Positions 30,483 through 39,987 of a stretch of DNA of 64,000 bases are shown piece by piece; position 1 is the stretch's first letter, and the number at the start of each line of letters is the position of its first letter. The notes beneath the pieces were generated by a model that saw only the letters and a list, made by a program, of their open reading frames with translations, was not told where the DNA came from and did no database searches. Both the position numbers and the translations under genes were made by a program. Source of the stretch: Candidatus Bipolaricaulota bacterium (lineage in GTDB: Bacteria > Patescibacteriota > Patescibacteriia > UBA11705 > DATKZF01); the NCBI GenBank assembly GCA_035528115.1, contig DATKZF010000001.1, positions 92,508 through 156,507 of the forward strand, in the 5' to 3' direction.

Positions 30483-30530
30483 GTTACGAATTACAATCTT
30501 CTCAGGCTATGAAAATATTGGATAGCCAAA
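30483..30530 (+). repeat. MITE-like repeat, short form (R4)
   Basis: GTTACGAATTACAA, then tcttctcaggctatgaaaatattggatagcc (a 6-bp-stem hairpin). Lies between fmt and def. Confidence 0.6.
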
Positions 30531-30549
30531 CCTATATTCTTGCATCCTC

Positions 30550-30999
30550 TTATTTAACCATTTTATCAATAAACAAAATGCCATTTAAATGATCCACCTC
30601 ATGCTGAATCACTCTGGCGAACATGCCCTCGGCGTTAATTTCAAGCGGCTCGCCTTTCAAGGTCAATGTTTTGACTTTTATTTGTTTATGCCTCTTAACT
30701 TTCCCGAAAACGCCCGGAATGCTAAGGCATCCCTCTTCGTCAATTGATTTTCGAAAACTTCTTTTGATTATTTTGGGATTTATCAAAACCAAAACACCAT
30801 CCTCGGTATTGATCAAACAAACTTGAATGTTTTTGCCTATTTGCGGAGCGGCCAACCCAACACCATCTCGTTTCAACATAGTTTCTTTCATATCTGAAAT
30901 AAGCCGGTGAAATTCATCGGTTTTTATAAATTCAGGGCTGATCTCCTCATTTTTCGCCCTTAATATGTCGTTTGGATGTTTGACTATATATAGTATCAT
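30550..30999 (-). CDS. def: Peptide deformylase
   Basis: GVGLAAPQIG, EGCLSIPG and HEVDHLNG motifs. Confidence 0.9.
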   Translation of the reverse strand: MILYIVKHPNDILRAKNEEISPEFIKTDEFHRLISDMKETMLKRDGVGLAAPQIGKNIQVCLINTEDGVLVLINPKIIKRSFRKSIDEEGCLSIPGVFGKVKRHKQIKVKTLTLKGEPLEINAEGMFARVIQHEVDHLNGILFIDKMVK

Positions 31000-31079
31000 A
31001 AAATATACGAGGTAAATATTGGTGAGTTAATCTGTATAATCTGGTATATTCATCTGTAATCTTGTAAATTCAAATTATA

Positions 31080-32924
31080 TTATAACAGATTCAAAGGGTT
31101 TTTGTCAATTATAACATCATCGCTCAAATTGGAGATAAATTCGTTTTCGGCTTCATTTTTCAATAACTTCACAGCCATTTGCCATACGTAATAATCCCTG
31201 ATTTTTTTGGTATAAGCGGGATAGGGGGGAGAAATTTCAAGGCCCGCGATTTCTTTGATTTTTTCGTAAATATCATCGGCTTTTTTTTGTGCGGCAATTT
31301 CTGATTTATCCCGAACAATAATTTTGAACAGCGAAAAATAAGGGGGATATTTGAACTGTTTTCTTACAAATAATTCCTTTTTGTAAAATTCGATCGGGGA
31401 TAATAAAAAATCGCAGACCGCGAAATTATTCAAAAAATTGCTCTGAATCAAAAATTTCAAATTATTATTTTGTGAATAAAGCATGGCCACCGTTTTTCGA
31501 AGATCCCCGAAAATTTTCCCTGAATATGAAAAATCGGGCAAATAAAACAAACTGTCAAAATAGGCCAAAGCGGCTCGATCATATATTCTATCATCATCAA
31601 TCAACGAGGGCAGCCCGACGGTAATATCCGGGTAAGCGTATTTCTTTTTTATGAATTCGCTGAATCCGGCTTCGCCGATGCCAGAGGAGAAAAGATTCAC
31701 CCCGCCGCAATTAGAGCAATTTACCGGCATTTCAAAATATTTCAAACAATGATGGCAAAATAATTTATTTCCCGGATAAACGGTCAGGGGCAATTTGCAG
31801 TTTTCGCATTCAATGATTTTTTCGCAATCTTTGCAAATAAGCGAGCCGGCCACTCCTCTCTTGTTGACCAAAAGTAAGATCTTTTCTTTTTTTTCAATAC
31901 CTTTTTTAATGAATTGATCCAAGTTGTCCGTCAAATAATAATTTTCCCCGCCGCTTGAAAAAACCACGCGCTGTATATTTTTTTCAGGCATTGTTTGGCC
32001 TATTGATATCATTTTGAATTTTTCTTGCGCGCAGCGATAATAATCCTCAACTTTGGGCGCGAAACCGGACACAATCAGCTTGGCCGGCAAAAACTCTGCG
32101 AGCTTAAACGCGAGCTCGCTCGCTTGATATCTGGGACTTTGATCCCATTGCTTGTAATCATCCGCTTCGGCGCGATCAATCACTATTTCCGCAACGTTTT
32201 TCAGGTTAAAAAACAAGGCGGAGCGCGTGCCGATAAGCACTTTGAATTGGTTATCCGCGACCAACCGATAATATTCCAAATATTTGTTTTTACTGGTTTT
32301 GTAGGCCTTGCTGTCTAAAATCACCGCGACTTTTTTAACCTCCGGAGGCAAGAGATCGTAAAACTTGGAAATTTCAGCCACGGTCGGAAAAAGAAACAAT
32401 ATCTGACGCTTGGATTTGGTTCGCAGCGCGGCCAGATCGGCGTAAAACTCGGTCATCAGACGCGTATTGTTATTTATCAGTAAACAGCCCTTTTCTTTCC
32501 CCGAAAATATCGTTTTGGCCAAGTTCAAAGACTTGCCGGTCGATTCGATCTTTTTTCCGGTTTCCAAACCTTCCTTTTTTCCGTATTCTCCTCGTTTTTT
32601 CGGAAAATCCGGCAAAATCAATTTAACGGACGAAGCCAAAGAATAATGATAGTATTCGCTGAACCATTTTATGAATTTTATCTGATATTCGGAGATCAAC
32701 TCAGAGTCCTCAATCGCTAACACTTCCTTTAATTTGTATTTTGAAGGGCCGCGCTGATCAAACACTTCGGCGACCAAACCCAGCATCTTGCTGTTTTTGA
32801 ATATTATGGAAACAATGGCGCCGGGATTACAGACCGAAATCAAATTTTCAGGCACAATATAATCAAAAGCCTCCAGTTTTCTGGGTAATTTTTTCAGCGG
32901 TATAATTTTAGCTGTTTTGTTCAT
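31080..32924 (-). CDS. priA: Primosomal protein N' (PriA)-like, with degenerate Walker A/B
   Basis: PriA Cys-rich zinc region (CKDCEKIIECENCKLPLTVY...CHHCLKY...CSNCGG) and helicase-core homology. The GxxGSGKT position reads FSGKEKGC and the DEEH position reads DRAE. Confidence 0.5.
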   Translation of the reverse strand: MNKTAKIIPLKKLPRKLEAFDYIVPENLISVCNPGAIVSIIFKNSKMLGLVAEVFDQRGPSKYKLKEVLAIEDSELISEYQIKFIKWFSEYYHYSLASSVKLILPDFPKKRGEYGKKEGLETGKKIESTGKSLNLAKTIFSGKEKGCLLINNNTRLMTEFYADLAALRTKSKRQILFLFPTVAEISKFYDLLPPEVKKVAVILDSKAYKTSKNKYLEYYRLVADNQFKVLIGTRSALFFNLKNVAEIVIDRAEADDYKQWDQSPRYQASELAFKLAEFLPAKLIVSGFAPKVEDYYRCAQEKFKMISIGQTMPEKNIQRVVFSSGGENYYLTDNLDQFIKKGIEKKEKILLLVNKRGVAGSLICKDCEKIIECENCKLPLTVYPGNKLFCHHCLKYFEMPVNCSNCGGVNLFSSGIGEAGFSEFIKKKYAYPDITVGLPSLIDDDRIYDRAALAYFDSLFYLPDFSYSGKIFGDLRKTVAMLYSQNNNLKFLIQSNFLNNFAVCDFLLSPIEFYKKELFVRKQFKYPPYFSLFKIIVRDKSEIAAQKKADDIYEKIKEIAGLEISPPYPAYTKKIRDYYVWQMAVKLLKNEAENEFISNLSDDVIIDKNPLNLL

Positions 32925-33086
32925 ACCCGTATTTTATCAAGGAACGGATAAAATAAACAGGGCGCGGATTGCTCGCGTTCACGCGCGTAGAGGCGGAATA
33001 ATATTTCACCCCCCGCAATGGCAACGTCGTTATCCGCTGCCGACAAAAAAAACGCCGCGGCAGCGACGATTTGATGTTATTGGAAA

Positions 33087-33878
33087 TTATTTAAAGACAA
33101 ATTGTCCAACCAAATACCCGACGCCAAAAGGCGCTTCATATGATAAGACTTCGAATTCATAATTCATATTTTTCACCACTCCCAGCAAAATCAAAATTGA
33201 TCTCAAGCCGCATTCTCCGGCTTCCTCGATCAAATCTTTATCCATATTGACAATGTTTTCCGGTTTTTGGGCTTTGAGCAATTGGATCAACTTTTTATCG
33301 AATTCCTTGCCGCGTTTGGAAAAGCCCGCCGGAGCGTCTTTACTCAATCGATGAGACAAATCTCCGGACGCCACGATAGCGATTCTTTTATCCGAATTGA
33401 ATATGGCTTCTTTTAACGCTTTGCCGAATTCAATGTGACGCTGATAACTCAAAAGGCAATAATTAATCGGCACTATTTTTACTTTTTCAAGTCCGGCCGC
33501 CAAATAATAAAGAGGTACCGAACTGCCATGATCCAAATTCTGATGTTGACTTAGGAAAATAGGCAAATCCGTTTCCACCTGTTCTTTGAAACGATTGATG
33601 AATTCTAAGTCGGGTTTATACTTGAATTTGGTTTGAAAGTCGCCAAACTGCTCAAAATCAGCCGAGTATTCGGCGTTGGTATTGATATTGAAAGCGTCAG
33701 CGAAAAATTCTCCGTGCGGTGATATGACAATAATGATTTCCGGGTTCGCCGCGATCAAATCCTTATTCAGTTCTTTAAGCGAAACGATTGTTTTTTCCAC
33801 CTTATTAATATTATCCTTGCCGATGCTGGGAATAATAATCGGCGGATGGGGGACGATTGAAGCGAAAACTAATGGCAT
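33087..33878 (-). CDS. Memo-like / LigB-type extradiol-dioxygenase-superfamily protein (candidate AmmeMemoRadiSam protein B)
   Basis: VPHPPII, ISPHGEF, DHGSSVPL and ASGDLSHRL motifs in 263 aa. Confidence 0.6.
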   Translation of the reverse strand: MPLVFASIVPHPPIIIPSIGKDNINKVEKTIVSLKELNKDLIAANPEIIIVISPHGEFFADAFNINTNAEYSADFEQFGDFQTKFKYKPDLEFINRFKEQVETDLPIFLSQHQNLDHGSSVPLYYLAAGLEKVKIVPINYCLLSYQRHIEFGKALKEAIFNSDKRIAIVASGDLSHRLSKDAPAGFSKRGKEFDKKLIQLLKAQKPENIVNMDKDLIEEAGECGLRSILILLGVVKNMNYEFEVLSYEAPFGVGYLVGQFVFK

Positions 33879-33884
33879 AATGTT

Positions 33885-35261
33885 TTATTCGGTTTCCGTG
33901 TAATTTAAAGTGATTTCGGCGCCGTTCTCTATATTTACAATAGTAGATGGATCAATGACTTTAATGTTTGTCCATTTGTAGCCGATGGCGTCAAAAACCT
34001 GCTCGTTATCAATTAAGCACTTTTTGCCGTTGGAAATGACATAAACATTGGGAGCGTCGTAGGATTTAATCAAAGCACCGTCGCGCATCGAAATGGGCTC
34101 GCCTCTGGTGTATTTGGCCAATTCGTCCGAGGTTACTTGCCTCAACGATTGCCCCGCGTAATTGATTTCCAGTAAATATTTATTGATGATCGGATATTTA
34201 ATGCCGTTTTGAACGAAATATACTCCTCCGGTCTGATTGTCCTGCAACAGGGCTCCGGCCGGATAGGCCGTGTTCATGGTGATGGGTTCGCCGGCCGGAT
34301 AGGATTCGGCTTCAGCTTTTGTTATTTCAATGATTTCTTCCAAATTGAAACCTATGGTTTTGAAAACATCTTTGCTTTCGACTTTTCTGAGCTTATCGTC
34401 GGACAAAAGATAAATAGTTCCATCAGGATCGGACAAAAGCGAGTATTGAGCGTATTTTATCACTGCGCCGGCGGGATACTGACTCAAAGAATTTTTATCA
34501 ACGATTAAAATATTTTCCGGATTATATCTTGAAACTAAGGCGCCCCAAGAATCAAATGGTTTTTTCTCGCCGTTTCGGATCAGCCATACGCCTTTTTCGC
34601 CGTCAGCTCGCACAATTGATCCGTCCGGATATTTTTGAATAAAATATCTATTCCATAACTTCCAAAAATTATAATTGCCGTGCAGGTGCGGCGTGTAAAT
34701 ATAGAGATTGGCCGTCGCCTGATTGTAAATGGTGACATCTTCATCGTCGATTTGATAAGTGCCGCCTTTTTGAAACAAAAATTTGTGGGAATTTTCCGTG
34801 TAATATTTCATGGCGCCGGCCGCGCAATCGACTTGTTTGGCAAATCCTTTGAATTTTTGAATGGCCGGATCGTCTTTGGAACATGAATCGCAAACCGCAT
34901 ATCCTGTCGCCCAAGCCAATTGATTTTCCGACGGATCCGGATCTTCCAACAAACTTTGTTCTTTTTGCAAAACAACCATCAAATACTTCGGATTCACTCC
35001 GTATCTTTTGGCCGCCAAATAGATGATTTGCGCCGCATCCTTGACCTCGCCATCAATGTCTTCAAAAATCATGTCTTTTAATTTGCCCGGCTGAGACATC
35101 AAAAACAATCTGACGTTTTTCTCGTCCATGGCCGAATCATTAAAAAGCTCGAAATCCGAAATAATCAGTCCCGGATCGAATTCCGCCGCCTTGGCAACAC
35201 CAAAAGCGGGGGATAATAATAAACCGCAAACAGCGACATAAAACAAGATTTTTTTGGCCAT
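33885..35261 (-). CDS. Secreted protein with four C-terminal roughly 45-aa repeats (putative cell-wall-associated)
   Basis: The preferred start is MAKKILFYVAV at 35261, the signal anchor. The repeats are GVWLIRNGEKKPF, GTIYLLSDDKLRKV, GGVYFVQNGIKYPI and PNVYVISNGKKCLI. Confidence 0.6.
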   Translation of the reverse strand: MAKKILFYVAVCGLLLSPAFGVAKAAEFDPGLIISDFELFNDSAMDEKNVRLFLMSQPGKLKDMIFEDIDGEVKDAAQIIYLAAKRYGVNPKYLMVVLQKEQSLLEDPDPSENQLAWATGYAVCDSCSKDDPAIQKFKGFAKQVDCAAGAMKYYTENSHKFLFQKGGTYQIDDEDVTIYNQATANLYIYTPHLHGNYNFWKLWNRYFIQKYPDGSIVRADGEKGVWLIRNGEKKPFDSWGALVSRYNPENILIVDKNSLSQYPAGAVIKYAQYSLLSDPDGTIYLLSDDKLRKVESKDVFKTIGFNLEEIIEITKAEAESYPAGEPITMNTAYPAGALLQDNQTGGVYFVQNGIKYPIINKYLLEINYAGQSLRQVTSDELAKYTRGEPISMRDGALIKSYDAPNVYVISNGKKCLIDNEQVFDAIGYKWTNIKVIDPSTIVNIENGAEITLNYTETE

Positions 35262-35395
35262 ATTTATTTTGATGAAGTTATTTGTCATATTTAACATTAT
35301 AGTGGATAGCTTGCGATAATGCAAAGCGTATAAAGATGAAGACGCCGACCATTATCAATAATTACAAAAACCGCGGTCGGCGACATCGTCGCCGG

Positions 35396-35446
35396 CGTAG
35401 GAACAATTGCCCTGTTCCTACGCGCGCGAACGCGCGACCACGGTTT
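35396..35446. terminator. GC-rich multi-hairpin bidirectional terminator
   Basis: CGGCGAC-atc-GTCGCCG, TAGGAACA-attgccc-TGTTCCTA and CGCGCG-aa-CGCGCG, enclosed by AAAAACCGCGGTC...GACCACGGTTTTT. Confidence 0.5.
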
Positions 35447-38077
35447 TTATGAAAAATTGATTTTGCCATCGCTAAAATCAGCCGTAACGGTTTTTTGTTC
35501 ATTGATTTTATTGGTAACAATGCGCATGGCCAATTCATCCAAAATCTCATTTTGAATAACTCTTTTAAGCGGTCGAGCTCCATAAGCGGGATCAAAACCT
35601 TTTCGTGTCAAAAACTCCTTTAATTTATTCGTAAATTCTATAATGATCTGTTTTTTGGCCAATCTTTCCTTTATTTTAACCAACTGAAGTTCAACGATCG
35701 ATGCCAAATCGCTTTTAGATAAGCTTTCAAAGACAATAATATCATCAACTCTATTTAAAAATTCCGGTTTGAATCTTTCTTTCAGTAAATCCAATACTTT
35801 ATTTTTCATATTATCTCTCGATGAGGCTTTGTTATTCGCTTCGGCAAAGCCTATTTCTCCGCGCTGCGCCATTTGCAAAATCAAATCACTGCCGATATTT
35901 GAAGTCATTATAATAACCGTATTTTTAAAATTAACCACTCGACCTCGAGAATCGGTCAATCTGCCGTCATCTAACAATTGCAAAAGGGAATTGAACACTT
36001 CCGGATGAGCTTTCTCGATTTCGTCGAACAAAACCACGGAATACGGTTTTCTTCTGACCGCTTCGGTCAATTGTCCGCCTTCCTCGTGTCCGACATAGCC
36101 CGGAGGGGAGCCGATGAATTTGGCCACCGAGTGCCGCTCCATGTATTCGGACATATCGATTCTGATCATGGCGTTTTCGTCATTGAACATGAATTCCGCC
36201 AAAGCCTTGGCCAATTCGGTTTTACCCACGCCCGTCGGACCCAAAAAGATGAACGAGCCTATTGGTCGAGACTCTTCGGACAAGCCGGCTCGCGAACGTC
36301 GCAAGGCGTTGGCTACGGCGCCCACGGCTTTTGTTTGCCCGATAACTCTTTTTTGCAATTCCATTTCCGCATCCGCCAATTTTTCTATTTCGGATTGAAG
36401 CATTTTGGTAACGGGAATGCCGGTCCATTTCGAAACCACCGCGGCAATATCCTCGGCAGTGACCTCTTCTTTCAATATTTGCTTGCCGCCGGGGCCGGTC
36501 TGGAATTTAGCCAACGCTTCTTTTTGAGCCAAGATTTCCTTTTCGAGTTCGGGTATTTTGCCGTATCTGATCTCGGCCACCTTGTCGTATTCGGACTTTC
36601 TTTCCAAAATCTCCGCTTCTTGTTTTAATTTTTCAATTTCTTTGCTGGCTTCCTGAATTTTGGAAATGATTTCCTTTTCTTTTTTCCAATGAATTTCCAG
36701 CTGATTGGAAGATTCCTTCAATCCCGCCAATTGCTTTTCAAGTTCAGCCAATTTGGCAACGGAGTCTTCGTTTTTTTCCTTGCTTAAAGCCTGCTTTTCG
36801 ATCTCCAAGGTTTTAATCTTTCTTTGCAATTGATCCAATTCGTCAGGCATGCTGTTAATTTCAATTCTAAGCGCGGAAGTGGCTTCGTCAATCAAATCAA
36901 TGGCCTTATCAGGCAAAAATCTGTCTGAAATGTATCGTTGAGACAAGGCCACGGCCGAAACAATGGCGTCGTCAGTGATTCGCACGCCGTGATGGACTTC
37001 ATATTTTTCTTTGATGCCTCTTAAAATGGAGATGGCGTCTTCGCTCGACGGCTCGGAAACCAAGACGGGCTGAAATCTTCTTTCCAGCGCCGCGTCTTTT
37101 TCAATATATTTTCGATATTCTTTGATGGTCGTGGCGCCGACGCAGCGCAATTCGCCTCTGGCCAAGGCGGGCTTTAGCAAATTTGAAGCGTCCATGGCTC
37201 CTTCCGTGGCTCCGGCGCCGACAATGGTGTGGAGTTCATCGATAAAAACGATGAATTTATCTTTATTATTGTGAATTTCTTTCAAAACCGCTTTCAACCG
37301 GTCTTCGAATTCGCCGCGAAATTTGGAACCCGCGATCAAACTGCCCAAGTCAAGAGCGATGAGTTCTTTATTGGCCAAATTTTCCGGCACATCGCCTGAG
37401 ACGATTCGTTGAGCCAATCCTTCGGCAATGGCCGTTTTACCCGTGCCGGGCTCGCCGATCAATACCGGATTGTTTTTCGTTCTTCTGGATAAAACTTGCA
37501 GCACTCGTCTGATTTCGTCATTTCTGCCGATAACCGGATCCAATTTTTCTTCTCTCGCCAGCTGAGTTAAATTAACGGTGTATTTTTCCAAAGCTTGGTA
37601 TTTATTTTCCGGTTCTTGATCAGTGACCTTTTGCTTGCCCCGCACCTCGGATAATATTTTCAATACTTGCTCGTATGAAATTTCATTTTCAAACAATATT
37701 TTTTGCGCGTCGCTATCCACGTTGATCAGTGTCAAAAACAAATGCTCGGTGCTGATGAATTCATCACCCAGACTTTCCGCCATCTTTTCCGAATTGCCCA
37801 GAACGTAATTGAAAGCGGGGGAGACCAGCAATTGCCCGGCTTCGTTCGCCGTTTGGCCTTTCGGCAGGGCCCTGAGCGCGTTTTCGGTCGAAGCGATGAT
37901 GGCGTTAACGTTTTTATCCAATTTTTTTATGACCGTCAAAACAATACTGTCGTTTTGCTTAAGTAAAGCATACAAAAGATGCAGGACGTCCAATTGAGGA
38001 TTCTTGTATTCGAAAGCCGCATTTTGGGCGTTTTGAAGCGCCTCCTGAGATTTTATGGTGAATTTGTTGATATTCAT
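35447..38077 (-). CDS. clpB: ATP-dependent chaperone ClpB
   Basis: Two AAA+ modules (GEPGTGKT and GPTGVGKT) with a coiled-coil middle domain. 876 aa. Confidence 0.95.
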   Translation of the reverse strand: MNINKFTIKSQEALQNAQNAAFEYKNPQLDVLHLLYALLKQNDSIVLTVIKKLDKNVNAIIASTENALRALPKGQTANEAGQLLVSPAFNYVLGNSEKMAESLGDEFISTEHLFLTLINVDSDAQKILFENEISYEQVLKILSEVRGKQKVTDQEPENKYQALEKYTVNLTQLAREEKLDPVIGRNDEIRRVLQVLSRRTKNNPVLIGEPGTGKTAIAEGLAQRIVSGDVPENLANKELIALDLGSLIAGSKFRGEFEDRLKAVLKEIHNNKDKFIVFIDELHTIVGAGATEGAMDASNLLKPALARGELRCVGATTIKEYRKYIEKDAALERRFQPVLVSEPSSEDAISILRGIKEKYEVHHGVRITDDAIVSAVALSQRYISDRFLPDKAIDLIDEATSALRIEINSMPDELDQLQRKIKTLEIEKQALSKEKNEDSVAKLAELEKQLAGLKESSNQLEIHWKKEKEIISKIQEASKEIEKLKQEAEILERKSEYDKVAEIRYGKIPELEKEILAQKEALAKFQTGPGGKQILKEEVTAEDIAAVVSKWTGIPVTKMLQSEIEKLADAEMELQKRVIGQTKAVGAVANALRRSRAGLSEESRPIGSFIFLGPTGVGKTELAKALAEFMFNDENAMIRIDMSEYMERHSVAKFIGSPPGYVGHEEGGQLTEAVRRKPYSVVLFDEIEKAHPEVFNSLLQLLDDGRLTDSRGRVVNFKNTVIIMTSNIGSDLILQMAQRGEIGFAEANNKASSRDNMKNKVLDLLKERFKPEFLNRVDDIIVFESLSKSDLASIVELQLVKIKERLAKKQIIIEFTNKLKEFLTRKGFDPAYGARPLKRVIQNEILDELAMRIVTNKINEQKTVTADFSDGKINFS

Positions 38078-38127
38078 AAGGTTACAAATAATTATTTCGA
38101 GTAGGACAAGCTTGGTTGTGGTTTTTC

Positions 38128-38146
38128 GTTACGAATGGTTACAAAT
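38128..38146 (+). repeat. Degenerate MITE-like half-site (R5)
   Basis: GTTACGAAT-ggtt-ACAAAT, upstream of clpB. Confidence 0.35.
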
Positions 38147-38223
38147 AGTATGCGATCGTCGATTTTGTCACAAATTATATAGTATTTAGCACTCTTGATA
38201 CATGACTGCTAATATATTGTACC

Positions 38224-38250
38224 AAATAAAAAATGCCTGTCAAGGCATGC
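38224..38250 (-). terminator. Intrinsic terminator
   Basis: Reverse complement reads GCCTTGACAGGC followed by TTTTTT. Serves the radical-SAM gene. Confidence 0.5.
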
Positions 38251-38303
38251 GTCACATAACACGTAACATGAATCATCAAACATGGGGAGACCGATACTTC
38301 TTT

Positions 38304-39311
38304 TTATAAAACAAACGGCAGTTCTATCCCGCATTTTGGACAAACTTTGTTATTTCGATACTTTTCTTCAATAATATACCCGCGGCGCAAAATCAAAAGC
38401 TCTCCGCATTCGGTGCAATAAGTGTCTTCGTATTTTGAAGTTTTTAAATTGCCCGCATAAACAAAACTCAAATCATTATCCTTGGCGATGCGAATGGCGT
38501 TTTCGATCGAGCTTTCCGGCGTCGGTGGCAATGAATCCAATTTGTATTCCGGACAAAAAGCGGTCAGGTGCCAAGGGGTGTCACTGCCCAAATCAAAACG
38601 GATGAATTTGGCCATCTTGGAAACCTCTTCGTCCGAGTCGTTTAAGCCAGGGATGAGCAAAGTGGTAACTTCCAAATGAACTTTGGATTTGGACACTCTG
38701 ATCAGCGAGTCTTTGACATGTTTGAACTTGGCTCCGCAGATTTTGTTATAATTATCTTCCGTAAAAAATTTCAAATCAATGTTTATGGCGTCCAAATACG
38801 GTTCAATCAATTCAAACGTTTCCTTGGTGAAATACCCGTTTGATACCCAAACATTGAACAGTCCCTCTTTTTTGGCTTGTTTCATAACTTCCAGCGCGTA
38901 CTCGACGTAAATCGTCGGCTCGGTGTAAGTGTAAGCGATGCTTTTACAATTCAGGCTTTTTGCGGAATTGACCACTTGCCAAGGAGCCACGTCTTCTCCG
39001 GGAATTTCATCGAGCGGAGAAACTTGAGATATTGAATAATTTTGACAATGCAGACATCTAAAATTACAGCCCACGCTGGCTATCGAGTAAGAGAGAGATC
39101 CGGGCAAAAAATGAAACAGCGGCTTTTTCTCTATAGGATCAACATTTTGCGAAATCAATTTGCCGTAATTCAAACTGAAAAGAATGCCGTCAATATTTTG
39201 CCTGACCTGACACAAGCCTTTTTGGCCAGGATTGATTAAACAACCTTGCAAGCAATTGAAACATTTTATGGAGTGTTCTTTTGAGTTCTCCCAATTAATG
39301 GCTTCCTTCAT
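38304..39311 (-). CDS. AmmeMemoRadiSam-system radical SAM enzyme (PflA-like activase family)
   Basis: N-terminal Cys cluster (KCFNCLQGC...GLCQVRQN) plus SVGCNFRCLHCQNY (CxxxCxxC). Confidence 0.8.
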   Translation of the reverse strand: MKEAINWENSKEHSIKCFNCLQGCLINPGQKGLCQVRQNIDGILFSLNYGKLISQNVDPIEKKPLFHFLPGSLSYSIASVGCNFRCLHCQNYSISQVSPLDEIPGEDVAPWQVVNSAKSLNCKSIAYTYTEPTIYVEYALEVMKQAKKEGLFNVWVSNGYFTKETFELIEPYLDAINIDLKFFTEDNYNKICGAKFKHVKDSLIRVSKSKVHLEVTTLLIPGLNDSDEEVSKMAKFIRFDLGSDTPWHLTAFCPEYKLDSLPPTPESSIENAIRIAKDNDLSFVYAGNLKTSKYEDTYCTECGELLILRRGYIIEEKYRNNKVCPKCGIELPFVL

Positions 39312-39325
39312 AAATTATAAAGACG

Positions 39326-39366
39326 TTACGAATTACAATATTCACAAACATCGTAATTTTACTTAT
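39326..39366 (+). repeat. MITE-like repeat, short form (R6)
   Basis: GTTACGAATTACAA, then tattcacaaacatcgtaatttta. Upstream of ligT. Confidence 0.55.
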
Positions 39367-39447
39367 ATTTACACTGGCGCTGATTTAGGATATAATTAAA
39401 TACAATAATATTATATCAAAATTGAGATATAATTGAAATAGACGAAT

Positions 39448-39987
39448 ATGCGTTGCTTCTTGGCGATTGAAATACCTCAAAATGTAAAAAATCAAATTTT
39501 CGCCATGGTGAAGGAATTAAAGTCTTTGAATACTGAAAACCGGATAAAATGGACATCGCCCGACAATATGCATCTGACCATGCAATTTATCGGCGAAGTG
39601 GAGTATGATCGACTTGAAGCGGTCAAACAATCTTTGAGCAACATAAAATTCGCGCCGTTTGATATTGAATTTGACTTCAGGCCGAGCTATTTCCCGAATA
39701 AGACCAATCCTAACATTATTAAATTATCAATCATAAAAGGCGACCATGAACTTAAAAAAATCAATGAGTCCATCAAGGCCGGGCTGGACAAAGAGGGGAT
39801 TGAGTATGAAAAAAAGGATTTTTCTCCCCACCTTACATTAGGCCGAATAAAATATTTGAACGGGGAGTTTAAGGAAATAACTATTAGTAAAATTAACGGG
39901 TTTACTGTTCGGAATTTCAATTTATATTGCAGCGATTTGACCGAAGAAGGCCCCATTCACACCAAGCTGGCACAATTTAATTTATGA
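39448..39987 (+). CDS. RNA 2',3'-cyclic phosphodiesterase / 2'-5' RNA ligase (LigT/ThpR, 2H family)
   Basis: Two HxT motifs (HLTMQF and HLTLGR). Confidence 0.8.
   Translation: MRCFLAIEIPQNVKNQIFAMVKELKSLNTENRIKWTSPDNMHLTMQFIGEVEYDRLEAVKQSLSNIKFAPFDIEFDFRPSYFPNKTNPNIIKLSIIKGDHELKKINESIKAGLDKEGIEYEKKDFSPHLTLGRIKYLNGEFKEITISKINGFTVRNFNLYCSDLTEEGPIHTKLAQFNL

Noticed and set aside
35362-35595. A 77-aa ORF rich in Arg/Cys
   Set aside because: It is a translation of the GC hairpin cluster and the clpB 3' end, and has no RBS.
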